A stretch of 64,000 nucleotides of DNA from Croceivirga sp. (lineage in GTDB: Bacteria > Bacteroidota > Bacteroidia > Flavobacteriales > Flavobacteriaceae): the NCBI GenBank assembly GCA_028284665.1, contig JANQRG010000020.1, positions 46,186-110,185 on the forward strand, read 5' to 3'. Numbering within the stretch: position 1 is the stretch's first letter; every line of letters begins with the position of its first letter. The notes under the pieces were generated by a model. That model saw only the letters and a list, made by a program, of their open reading frames with translations. It had not been told where the DNA came from and did no database searches. The translations under genes were made by a program, and so were the position numbers. This document shows, piece after piece, positions 8,682 through 17,529 of the stretch.

Positions 8682-10037
8682 ATGGATTGGCAGCAATTAT
8701 TGTCCTTAAAACGTTATGGAGATACCAAAAAACGATTACGTTCAGCCCAAGATGAGACACGACTTGGATTTGAAGTAGATTACGACCGGATCATTTTTTC
8801 TTCATCCTTTAGAAGCTTGCAAGATAAAACACAGGTGATGCCGCTCCCAATTTTTGCCGGGACTAAGCCCACCTTTGTACATACCCGTTTGACCCACAGC
8901 CTGGAGGTGTCCGTAGTGGGTAGAAGTTTAGGGAGAATTGTGGGGCAGCAGTTACTGAAAAAATACCCGGAGCTCTCTACCGATCTTGGGTATCGCTTTA
9001 ACGATTTCGGGGCTATTGTTGCCGCTGCTGCTTTGGCGCACGATATCGGGAATCCTCCGTTTGGTCATAGTGGAGAAAAGGCTATCGGGCATTTTTTTAA
9101 GGAGGGAAATGGGGCAGAATACATTTCTCATTTGACAGCAGAGGAGCGTCAGGATTTGTGGGATTTTGAAGGTAATGCCAACGGGTTTAGATTGCTTACA
9201 GAATCGCGGGAAGGGGCGCAGGGAGGACTTCGGTTGAGTTACGCCACTCTAGGGGCGTTTACAAAGTATCCTAAAGCCTCACTCCCAAAACGACCCTCGA
9301 AACATATATCCGATAAGAAGTACGGCTTTTTTCAATCGGAACAGGAGTTCTTTTTGGAAGTAGCTCAGGAACTCGGGCTACAGCAAAAAGAAGGTCGTGA
9401 AATACGTTTTCATCGACATCCTTTAACGTATCTGGTGGAAGCAGCAGATGATATTTGCTACACTATAATTGATTTTGAAGATGGTATCAATCTGGGATTG
9501 ATCCCTGAGGATTTTGCTTTGGAGTATTTGATCAAATTGGTTAAAGATCGCATAGACACCGGAAAATACCATGCTTTAGCACAGACCAGTGATCGTCTGG
9601 CGTATTTACGCGCTTTATCCATAAACGTTTTGGTAACAGAAGCCGCCCAGATATTTATGGAGCATGAAGAAGGGATACGTAGTGGCCAGTTAGCCGTTCC
9701 GCTTTTGGAAAAAAGTGCATTCAAGCCCCAGATAGAGGATATTATCAAAATAAGCGTGGAAAAAGTGTACCGCTCACATGAGGTGATAGAAAGAGAACTC
9801 GCTGGTTATAAGGTTATCGCTACCATCCTTGGGAGTTACACTAAAGCGCTGGTACATCAGAATAGAGGTGTAGAAAATAGCTACGATCGACTTTTATTGC
9901 GGACACTCCCTGAGCCGTTTGGGACTTCGGAAGAATCCCTTTATCAACGGTTGTTAAGGATCTCCAGTTTTGTTGCCGGGTTGTCTGATAGTAATGCCGT
10001 GCAATTGAGTAACAAAATATTAGGAAGGCAATTTTAA
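8682..10037 (+). CDS. dgt: dGTP triphosphohydrolase (HD domain)
   Basis: It has the motifs DYDRIIFSSSFRSLQDKTQV, TRLTHSLEV and AALAHDIGNPPFGHSGE. The length of 451 aa is typical for Dgt-like enzymes. Confidence 0.9.
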   Translation: MDWQQLLSLKRYGDTKKRLRSAQDETRLGFEVDYDRIIFSSSFRSLQDKTQVMPLPIFAGTKPTFVHTRLTHSLEVSVVGRSLGRIVGQQLLKKYPELSTDLGYRFNDFGAIVAAAALAHDIGNPPFGHSGEKAIGHFFKEGNGAEYISHLTAEERQDLWDFEGNANGFRLLTESREGAQGGLRLSYATLGAFTKYPKASLPKRPSKHISDKKYGFFQSEQEFFLEVAQELGLQQKEGREIRFHRHPLTYLVEAADDICYTIIDFEDGINLGLIPEDFALEYLIKLVKDRIDTGKYHALAQTSDRLAYLRALSINVLVTEAAQIFMEHEEGIRSGQLAVPLLEKSAFKPQIEDIIKISVEKVYRSHEVIERELAGYKVIATILGSYTKALVHQNRGVENSYDRLLLRTLPEPFGTSEESLYQRLLRISSFVAGLSDSNAVQLSNKILGRQF

Positions 10038-11101
10038 AACTTATAGTCTATACCTATCCCAAGTACCTGTTTGAATTGGATTCTTGGAATGCCTGGATCA
10101 ATGACCGTACCCGTTGCATCTAAAACTTCATCAAATTTAATATCGTCATCGTAGATAATATGGGTGCCAATGTTGGCGCTAATAAAGTTATTGACCTTAA
10201 GCAAAAAGTTAAGTTCCCAATCTAAATCGATATTTCCAAAGCTACGGATGTAATCCGTGTATAGATTTAGCCGATGGTTGATCGTAATATTCCGAAACAC
10301 TTCTTTATTCCATTCCTGGGTAATCAGAAATCCAAGTTCCGTAAATGCATTTTTACCCGGAGCTACTCCGAAAGCACCTCTATTGGATAAGTCCTCGTCC
10401 AAAACATATGTGGCCTTTAAGGTTAAGGGAGAAATATAGGTGTTAAAAGAATTGTCCGGGAGGATATAAGAAGTTCCCGCCCCAAAGAACAAATACCCGG
10501 GAGCCATAAACCTGGAGATGGGAGTATCCCTGTCCGGGTAATTGAATCCATTAGAGAACTGGGTGTTAAACTTGAATTTGGCGGAATAAAACCAGTTGGT
10601 TAGGGTATCTTTTCTGAAGCCGAAGGTGGAGGACAAGCGAATCAGGTCTTCTGTTTTTCTAAGCGCTCTACCTTCCTGAGCATTAATACCATAGCGCAAA
10701 CGCAATTCGTTCTCCCAGGAAAGATAGCGGAACTTATAGTTTCTTACGAATACCAGGTTGGCTAACGCGGATATGGAATTATCTCCTCCGGCATTCCAAT
10801 TGACAAATGCAACTTCATTGATATTAAGACCAAAAGTGTTTTCACGGGTCCAAAAGAGCTGGGGGGTATATCCGCGAGGCTTTTGTGTAAACGGCTTTAC
10901 TTTATTCAAGGTGCTTTTTGGAACTATTCTACGCACCCCCCTTGGGATAATTTTAATTTTTTCTTGTGTCCAGCGTATTACCAAAGTGTCAACCACAAGC
11001 GAATCCTGAGGTGTTTCGTTAGGGTCAGGAACAACCTGACCCGTAGCTAAAAAGCTGTGAAAAACGGCGAGTAGTACGCTAAGATTACCGAATAGTTTCA
11101 A
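10034..11101 (-). CDS. DUF3078-like outer-membrane beta-barrel protein
   Basis: It has a signal peptide, a NWNAGGDNSIS block, alternating-hydrophobicity strands, and a terminal ...GIGIDYKF aromatic C-terminus. The family name is recalled from memory, not searched. Confidence 0.55.
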   Translation of the reverse strand: MKLFGNLSVLLAVFHSFLATGQVVPDPNETPQDSLVVDTLVIRWTQEKIKIIPRGVRRIVPKSTLNKVKPFTQKPRGYTPQLFWTRENTFGLNINEVAFVNWNAGGDNSISALANLVFVRNYKFRYLSWENELRLRYGINAQEGRALRKTEDLIRLSSTFGFRKDTLTNWFYSAKFKFNTQFSNGFNYPDRDTPISRFMAPGYLFFGAGTSYILPDNSFNTYISPLTLKATYVLDEDLSNRGAFGVAPGKNAFTELGFLITQEWNKEVFRNITINHRLNLYTDYIRSFGNIDLDWELNFLLKVNNFISANIGTHIIYDDDIKFDEVLDATGTVIDPGIPRIQFKQVLGIGIDYKF

Positions 11102-12851
11102 TGTAGCGCTTTAGGTGATTGCTTGTAAGTCCACAGCGTTCATGCAATTCCTGTACAGTCCCGTGAGGGATAAAAGTATCAGGAACTGCAAACGGTTTTA
11201 TGGGTGTAGGATAGTTGTGTTGGTTTGCGAACTCCAGGATGGCCGCACCAAATCCACCTATTTCACAACCGTCTTCCAGGGTGATGATATGATCGTACTT
11301 ACGAAAGATTCGGTGAAGCAGGTCATTGTCCAGGGGTTTCAGGAAAAGCATATTGTAATGGCCTATCTCGGAAAGGTTTTCCCAATCGTTTAATAGTGCC
11401 GTTACCTCATTTCCCAAAGGACCCAGGGAAAGTATAGCGATCCTTGTCCCTTCCTTTAAGACCATCCCTTTACCAACAGCTAACTCCGAGAAGGGTTGCT
11501 CCCAATTCAGGGTGACTCCTCTTCCACGGGGATAGCGGATTGCAATAGGGCCATCCAATCCTTTTTGAGCGGTGAACATAAGATGACGAAGCTCAACCTC
11601 GTTCATAGGGGCACATACGATCAGGTTGGGAATACATCGTAGATAGGCCAGGTCAAAAACCCCATGATGGGTTGGGCCATCCTGTCCCACAAGGCCGGCA
11701 CGATCCAGGCAAAAGACAACAGGTAATTTTTGAAGCGCCACATCGTGAATGACCTGGTCATAGGCCCGTTGTAGGAAAGTAGAATATATGGCGCAGAAAG
11801 GAACCATTCCCTGTGCTGCCATTCCCGCGGCCAGGGTAACCGCGTGCTGCTCGGCGATACCTACATCAAAAGCGCGATCGGGGAGGACTTGCATCATATA
11901 TTTTAAGGAACTCCCTGTAGGCATTGCCGGGGTAATACCAACAATTCTTTCGTTTTCCTTTGCCAGGGCCACCAAAGTATGTCCAAACACATCCTGGAAC
12001 TTTGGGGGTTGGTGTTGGGTCATTTTGCCCAGGCGTTCTCCGGTTTCGGCATTAAATCTTCCCGGGGCGTGATATACTACCTGGTTTTCTTCAGCTTTTT
12101 GCAATCCCTTACCCTTTGTGGTAATGACATGCAAAAGCCTGGGGCCACTTTCTTTTTTTAAGCGTTGGAGCGCTGCTATAAGTTCGTTAAGGTCATGCCC
12201 GTCAACCGGGCCGGAATAGGCTAAGTTCAAACATTCAAAAATATTTTCTTCTTTGGCTTTTCCATGCTTCACGTTCGTGAGATACTTTTTCAAGGCCCCT
12301 ACACTGGGGTCAATACCAATGGCATTGTCGTTGAGAATGATCAGCACATTTGCATCCGTAACCCCAAGATGATTCAAGCCTTCAAAAGCCATTCCGCTGG
12401 CAATGGAGGCATCCCCAATAACAGCAATATGTTCCAAATTCTTTTCCCCCTTTAATTTGGAAGCGATAGCCATTCCTAAAATGGCTGAAATGGAGGTAGA
12501 ACTATGCCCTGTGCCGAAATGATCATACTCACTTTCTTCCCGTTTAGGGAATCCACTTATACCATCCAATTGGCGATTGGTGTCAAAAATATCTTTTCTA
12601 CCGGTCAGTATTTTGTGGCCGTACGCCTGATGTCCTACATCCCAGATCAGCCTATCCTTTGAGAAATCAAAGGTGTAATGTAATGCTATCGTGAGTTCAA
12701 CAACCCCTAAACTGGCCCCTAAATGCCCTTCTTTGACGGCCACAACATTGATTATGAATTCCCTGAGTTCCTCCGCAAGTTGGGGAAGTTTTTCCCGGGG
12801 AAGTTTTTTCAAGTCTTTAGGAAGCGTTATGTCTTGTAATACTCTATCCAT
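11085..12851 (-). CDS. dxs: 1-deoxy-D-xylulose-5-phosphate synthase
   Basis: The motifs GHLG.SLGVVELT, DVGHQAY.HKILTGR, GHSSTSIS, IGDAS...GMAFE and GPTHHG identify it. I chose ATG 12851 as the start because a TAGTTTTG -7 box sits at 12873-12880, on top of the alternative TTG start at 12875. Confidence 0.95.
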   Translation of the reverse strand: MDRVLQDITLPKDLKKLPREKLPQLAEELREFIINVVAVKEGHLGASLGVVELTIALHYTFDFSKDRLIWDVGHQAYGHKILTGRKDIFDTNRQLDGISGFPKREESEYDHFGTGHSSTSISAILGMAIASKLKGEKNLEHIAVIGDASIASGMAFEGLNHLGVTDANVLIILNDNAIGIDPSVGALKKYLTNVKHGKAKEENIFECLNLAYSGPVDGHDLNELIAALQRLKKESGPRLLHVITTKGKGLQKAEENQVVYHAPGRFNAETGERLGKMTQHQPPKFQDVFGHTLVALAKENERIVGITPAMPTGSSLKYMMQVLPDRAFDVGIAEQHAVTLAAGMAAQGMVPFCAIYSTFLQRAYDQVIHDVALQKLPVVFCLDRAGLVGQDGPTHHGVFDLAYLRCIPNLIVCAPMNEVELRHLMFTAQKGLDGPIAIRYPRGRGVTLNWEQPFSELAVGKGMVLKEGTRIAILSLGPLGNEVTALLNDWENLSEIGHYNMLFLKPLDNDLLHRIFRKYDHIITLEDGCEIGGFGAAILEFANQHNYPTPIKPFAVPDTFIPHGTVQELHERCGLTSNHLKRYIETIR

Positions 12852-12872
12852 TACCAAATAGGGAACACCTGG

Positions 12873-12880
12873 CAAAACTA
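12873..12880 (-). promoter_or_regulatory. Bacteroidota-type -7 box (TAGTTTTG) for dxs
   Basis: It matches TAnnTTTG on the minus strand, 21 nt upstream of ATG 12851. Confidence 0.45.
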
Positions 12881-13033
12881 CATTATTCCATTTTGATAAT
12901 TACAAGTAGCAAGCTAACGATTACGTGCAGAGTGTGACTGTAATACTCGTTTTAAAAGGTGTTCCAGTTTTTAACGGGCTTTATTGTTTTCAATGGTATT
13001 AATCCCTAGTATTGTGCCCTAAGTTGTTCCCCA

Positions 13034-13483
13034 ATGGTAAATCCCTATGACGATAATTATTTTATGAAAAAAGCGCTTCAAGAAGCGCAAGCCGCTTTTG
13101 AGATCGGTGAGGTGCCGGTAGGTGCGGTAGTTGTGGTAAAGAACAGGATCATTGGGCGTGCACATAACCTCACCGAAAAATTGAATGATGTTACCGCACA
13201 TGCCGAAATGCAGGCAATTACTGCTGCAGCTAATTTTCTGGGCGGGAAGTACCTGCATGGCTGTACCCTTTATGTGACGCTTGAACCTTGTCAAATGTGT
13301 GCCGGGGCATTGTACTGGAGTCAAATCTCTAAAATTGTATACGGTGCTTCGGATTTGGAGAGAGGATTTATGGTGATGGGCACTACCTTGCATCCTAAAA
13401 CAGAGGTGGTAGGGGGGATTTTGGAAGGAGAATCCGCAGAACTTCTCAAGCGCTTTTTTATCCAAAAACGCAATCTAAACTAA
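13034..13483 (+). CDS. tadA: tRNA adenosine(34) deaminase
   Basis: It carries the HAEMQAI and PCQMCAGAL zinc-binding CDA motifs and is 149 aa. Confidence 0.9.
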   Translation: MVNPYDDNYFMKKALQEAQAAFEIGEVPVGAVVVVKNRIIGRAHNLTEKLNDVTAHAEMQAITAAANFLGGKYLHGCTLYVTLEPCQMCAGALYWSQISKIVYGASDLERGFMVMGTTLHPKTEVVGGILEGESAELLKRFFIQKRNLN

Positions 13484-13508
13484 AAACCCCGGCTCTAGCC
13501 AGGGTTTT
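13483..13508. terminator. Candidate bidirectional hairpin between convergent tadA and csp
   Basis: AAAACCCcGG-ctctag-CCaGGGTTTT forms a 7+2 bp stem with one mismatch, flanked by an A-tract and a T-tract. It begins at the tadA stop codon. Confidence 0.45.
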
Positions 13509-13532
13509 CAAAACTCTCAAAATAAAATATGG

Positions 13533-13730
13533 TTAGTCGATCAACCGTACTTGTGCGGCGACCTTTCCTTTTCTTCCTTCTTCTTCAAGATATTCTACTT
13601 TGTTCCCTTCTCTTAATTCCATTCCGTTCAATGAAGTGACATGAACAAAAATGTCTTTCCCGGTTTCGTCGTTGGTGATGAAGCCATAACCTTTGGATTC
13701 ATTGAAAAATTTTACTGTACCAGTCATCAA
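13533..13730 (-). CDS. Cold-shock protein (CspA family)
   Basis: The sequence TGTVKFFNESKGYGFI...DIFVH contains the RNP1 and RNP2 motifs. The protein is 65 aa, and the start may be the second ATG. Confidence 0.9.
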   Translation of the reverse strand: MMTGTVKFFNESKGYGFITNDETGKDIFVHVTSLNGMELREGNKVEYLEEEGRKGKVAAQVRLID

Positions 13731-13809
13731 AAAAAAATAAGTGTTAAAATGCGAAAATACTTCTTTTTAAATCCGAATAGGTTAGCGGGGCTTTATTTTT
13801 TGTCAAAAA

Positions 13810-14067
13810 TTATTGATTTCCAGCCTTTTTTCGCTCTTTCTCTTGCATTTTCTTAATGTTTTCTTTAGTCAACATATAATCCTTCATTTTTTTTCCTTTG
13901 CTCTCCTTAATAAGGAACAAGGGCATCGCTACCAAAAAAAGGCCTACTGTCCCTAATCCAATGTATTTGTGGGCTATAGCTTCTTGATCTTTTTTTATGC
14001 TAAACCCATAAATGATAGCGGCAAAAGACCCAAGTACAATCAGCAGGATAAAGTGTTTGAATTTCAT
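13810..14067 (-). CDS. Small two-TM membrane protein with lysine-rich tail
   Basis: This is an 85-aa ORF with two hydrophobic helices. It lies 2 nt downstream of the ClC gene, so it is probably co-transcribed. Confidence 0.5.
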   Translation of the reverse strand: MKFKHFILLIVLGSFAAIIYGFSIKKDQEAIAHKYIGLGTVGLFLVAMPLFLIKESKGKKMKDYMLTKENIKKMQEKERKKAGNQ

Positions 14068-14069
14068 GG

Positions 14070-15851
14070 TTAAGGGGAATAATCAATTAGCTTTCTTCTA
14101 TAGGCGGTAAGTAATTTGGATTTAGAAATAAACCCGGCATATTTTCCGTCTTTGATAACGGGAAGATTCCAGGCACCACTATCCTGAAATTTTTGCATTA
14201 CCCGCTGCATGGAATCCGATTCCTGGAAAATGTGCTCCGGAGGGGCATGCATAAAGTCGCGAACAAACATAGTGTTATAACGGGTAGCATCAAACATAAA
14301 CTCCCGTATGTCATCCAAAACAATAATACCGACCATTTTTTTCTCTTCATCAAGCACAGGGAACAGATTACGGGTTGATTTTGAAACCGATTGGTATAAT
14401 AGCTCGCCAAGTGTCATATCAGGGGATACGGGGCTAAAATCCGTTTCAATGATCTTATCCATTTGCATCAAAGTAAGCACCGCCTGGTCCTTATTGTGCG
14501 TTAAAAGGGCACCCTGTTCCGCCAGCTTTTTGGTATAGATGGTGTAATCCAATACGTTCTTAGTGATGAGGTAGGAGATAGAGGCGGTGATCATTAAGGG
14601 AACAAAAAGTTGGTAACCTCCTGTAATTTCAGCAATAAGAAAAATAGCGGTTAGGGGGGCGTGGATAACCCCGGCAATTAGCCCTGCCATACCAATAAGG
14701 GTAAAGTTACTCTCATTCACCTCAAATCCGAACCCAAGATTATTTATAAGTTTAGCCACAACATTTCCGAGTGCACTGCCCATAACCATTGTGGGAATAA
14801 AAACACCTCCCGCACCCCCTGCGGCAAAAGTAGTTGTCATAGCAATGGCTTTAAAAAGCGTAATGCCAAACAATAAAGCAATGATCACCCATACATTGTC
14901 CATGTATCGATCAAATGGGGTTGTCCCCAGAGCTGCAGCGGTATTGCCGTCCAATAAATTGTTGATGAAGCCAAAACCCTCCCCGTAAAGAGGTGGAATA
15001 AAATAGAGCATAATGCCTATAGCGATTCCGCCTACAAGCAGTTTGTATTTGGGGCTTTTGAAAGGCTTAAAAAGGCGTTGTATAGCAAAATACATTTTGG
15101 TAAAATACACGGACGCCATACCCGTTCCCAGACCTAGCAGTACATAAAACAGGGTGTCTTTTAAAAGAAATCCTTCCGACAACGAAAAACTGAACAAATT
15201 CTCGTTGCCCAGAAAAAAATAGGAGGTAAGCACTCCTGAGATCGAGGCCAGGAGCAAAGGCAGCACAGAGAGCATGGTGAGATCCAGACTGAACACCTCA
15301 ACGGCAAAAACGATAGCGGCTATGGGCGATTGGAAAATGGAAGCGATAGCCCCTGCAGAAGCGCAGGCAATCAGTAAAGACCGGGTTTTGGAATCGATGT
15401 GAAACAACTTACTGAGGTTGGAACTCACAGCAGCTCCGGACTCTACCGCCGGACCCAGGAGCCCCACGGAACCTCCAAATCCAACGGTTAATGGAGCTGC
15501 AATAAGTGGTGTATATATCTTTTTGATGTCCAACATCCCCTTGTTTTTGGATAAAGAGAACATTATGGAGGAAATACCATGCCCCAGTGGATGTTTGTGG
15601 ATATACTTTACGTAGAGGTAGACCAAAGTCAGTCCAATTACGGGCAAAATAAAATACAATTGGTTTTCAGAAAAAACAATTCCTGCTTCCAGTAGGGCTT
15701 CAATGAAATAGGTCGTATTTTTTAAGGTTACCGCGACAAGACCCGCTAAAAAACCGATCAGTATACTCATTAGGTGCACAAAAGTCTTGTTGGAGATATT
15801 TTTATATCGCCATTTCAGGAATCTTTTAAGCAGGATTTTGGTTTTAGACAC
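14070..15851 (-). CDS. Voltage-gated chloride channel (ClC) protein with C-terminal CBS pair
   Basis: The motifs GFGGSVGLLGP, GAGGVFIP (GxFxP) and GVIHAPLTA are ClC signatures. They are followed by two CBS-like repeats, for a total of 593 aa. Confidence 0.9.
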   Translation of the reverse strand: MSKTKILLKRFLKWRYKNISNKTFVHLMSILIGFLAGLVAVTLKNTTYFIEALLEAGIVFSENQLYFILPVIGLTLVYLYVKYIHKHPLGHGISSIMFSLSKNKGMLDIKKIYTPLIAAPLTVGFGGSVGLLGPAVESGAAVSSNLSKLFHIDSKTRSLLIACASAGAIASIFQSPIAAIVFAVEVFSLDLTMLSVLPLLLASISGVLTSYFFLGNENLFSFSLSEGFLLKDTLFYVLLGLGTGMASVYFTKMYFAIQRLFKPFKSPKYKLLVGGIAIGIMLYFIPPLYGEGFGFINNLLDGNTAAALGTTPFDRYMDNVWVIIALLFGITLFKAIAMTTTFAAGGAGGVFIPTMVMGSALGNVVAKLINNLGFGFEVNESNFTLIGMAGLIAGVIHAPLTAIFLIAEITGGYQLFVPLMITASISYLITKNVLDYTIYTKKLAEQGALLTHNKDQAVLTLMQMDKIIETDFSPVSPDMTLGELLYQSVSKSTRNLFPVLDEEKKMVGIIVLDDIREFMFDATRYNTMFVRDFMHAPPEHIFQESDSMQRVMQKFQDSGAWNLPVIKDGKYAGFISKSKLLTAYRRKLIDYSP

Positions 15852-15877
15852 TCCTCAGCTGAGTTTAAAACTCAAAA

Positions 15878-16699
15878 TTAAGGCAATAGCAAAGATTTTA
15901 ATGCTGTGATATCCGATAAATAGATTTGATAGGGCATTTCCACATAATTGTGAGAAAGTCGTAGTTGGTTTTTATAATCAGTTTCCGCTTCCTCTATTAA
16001 TTTCAGCGCTTCATTCCTTTTACCATTGGCGAGCAAACACTTAGCCCAGTAGTAGTTGGCTTCTGCGGAATATTTAAAATGCTCCTTTATTTTTTCAAAG
16101 TCAGCAATGGCTTTTTGAAACTCACCCTGTTCATAAAAAGCGATTCCTCTATATAAAAAAGCTTCAAGCTCCACCCAGTCTTCACCGGTTTCCTTGGTTT
16201 CGTGTTGAATGTGTTTATCCCAATAGTAAATGGAGGTCTCATATTCTTTTAGCCCTAAATAAGCAATACCCCTCCAATAGTCCACGCTATGCCCTTGTGG
16301 ATGATCGATGTAAGACGTAAGCGTATCAGAAGCATTAAAATCTGCAATGGCTTTTTTATAATCGCGATAGAAGAGAAGATAGAGGTAGCCGCGAATAGGG
16401 ACCCATGTCTGTGGGTCATATTTTACAGCTTTATCAAACTTTGGTTTCCACTCGTGAGGCATCCCACGCTTTAGAAAGGGGATAGAGATTTCCCTTAAGG
16501 CATCGTCATGTGTTGAATCGACAAAAATGACTTTTTTAAGGAGTGCTTGACTCTCTTTTGATCCTTGGAGTAGTTTTTTGTCGAGATTGAAAATGGAATC
16601 TGCAGCTTTTGTGCGATTTGCTATTTCCGTAGCTTCTTGCGCATTGCAGGAAGCAACTAAAACCACCAGGCTAAGGAAGTATATCCACCACTTTTCCAT
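15878..16699 (-). CDS. TPR-repeat lipoprotein
   Basis: It has a lipoprotein signal (LVVLVASC). Repeated W/Y...G.A......A...F blocks such as YWRGIAYLGLKEYETSI and LYRGIAFYEQGEFQKAIADF are TPR-like. Confidence 0.7.
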   Translation of the reverse strand: MEKWWIYFLSLVVLVASCNAQEATEIANRTKAADSIFNLDKKLLQGSKESQALLKKVIFVDSTHDDALREISIPFLKRGMPHEWKPKFDKAVKYDPQTWVPIRGYLYLLFYRDYKKAIADFNASDTLTSYIDHPQGHSVDYWRGIAYLGLKEYETSIYYWDKHIQHETKETGEDWVELEAFLYRGIAFYEQGEFQKAIADFEKIKEHFKYSAEANYYWAKCLLANGKRNEALKLIEEAETDYKNQLRLSHNYVEMPYQIYLSDITALKSLLLP

Positions 16700-17189
16700 T
16701 TTCTATCCTAAAAATTAGATACATATAATAGTCCAATGGCTTTTCAATGAGATTGAAATTCCAATTGTCTTTTCGGAACGAGAGTGCTTTCAATTGATCA
16801 ACCAGGAGATCATTCAAATCAATTTTTTCGAAATCACGATTTAATTCATTCACTTCCACATCTCCAATTTCCCCATTGCAATTAATGATGAAACGTAAGT
16901 TGAGCATCCCGTTATCATCAAAATTGTTCTCATTGAAATTCGCATAAATGAATTTTCGGAATTTTCCTTTGTTTTCCTTGTAGATAGCAGGGGTTGAACT
17001 GCTGTAAAAACCAAAAGGAAGACCAGGGCTACAGCGCTTAAAACCTTTGGAATAGTCCGGGTTGCTTGGTGAAAGAAAGCCTACTTGATCTTCATAGTTA
17101 TAATCACTTAGTTTCTGTTGTGCTTCTGCAGGGAACAAACTCCCTATGGACAAAAAATAGCTAAGAAAGATGTTAACGTTCATTTGCAT
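16671..17189 (-). CDS. Hypothetical exported protein
   Basis: The start is moved to ATG 17189 (MQMNVNIFLSYFLSIGSLFPAEAQ), which gives a signal peptide. The C-terminal part (NLRFIINCNGEIGDVEV) faintly resembles a TonB-C-like fold. I cannot make a firm family call. Confidence 0.5.
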   Translation of the reverse strand: MQMNVNIFLSYFLSIGSLFPAEAQQKLSDYNYEDQVGFLSPSNPDYSKGFKRCSPGLPFGFYSSSTPAIYKENKGKFRKFIYANFNENNFDDNGMLNLRFIINCNGEIGDVEVNELNRDFEKIDLNDLLVDQLKALSFRKDNWNFNLIEKPLDYYMYLIFRIENGKVVDILP

Positions 17190-17529
17190 TGATAGAGCAG
17201 TATCACAGTTAATCGACAGATTTAGTTTCCGGAATTCTTTGAACAAGGGCGCTTAATCCCCTACTATACCCGCCAACGGTAAAAGTATCTAAAAATTCGC
17301 TTTTCGAAGGGAGTCCTTCAGAAAAGGATGACGTGAAAATCCTGGAGATTTTAAGGTTTCCCGTAGTTAATGTTCCGTAGAATACCCTACTTTGAACGCG
17401 TCTTTAAACCAAAGGCATCTCCCCCTTTTTTGTAGTACAATTCTTGTGAAATACACATCAATGGGTATAGCGCGATGCTGCCTGTTTGTAGAATTTGAAA
17501 AATAGAATAACTAACCCAATTCATCAATT

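Noticed and set aside
13019-13465. A 148-aa ORF antisense to tadA.
   Set aside because: The tadA frame carries the HAE and PCxxC deaminase motifs, whereas the antisense frame has no motif. It would also leave the well-conserved tadA gene uncalled.
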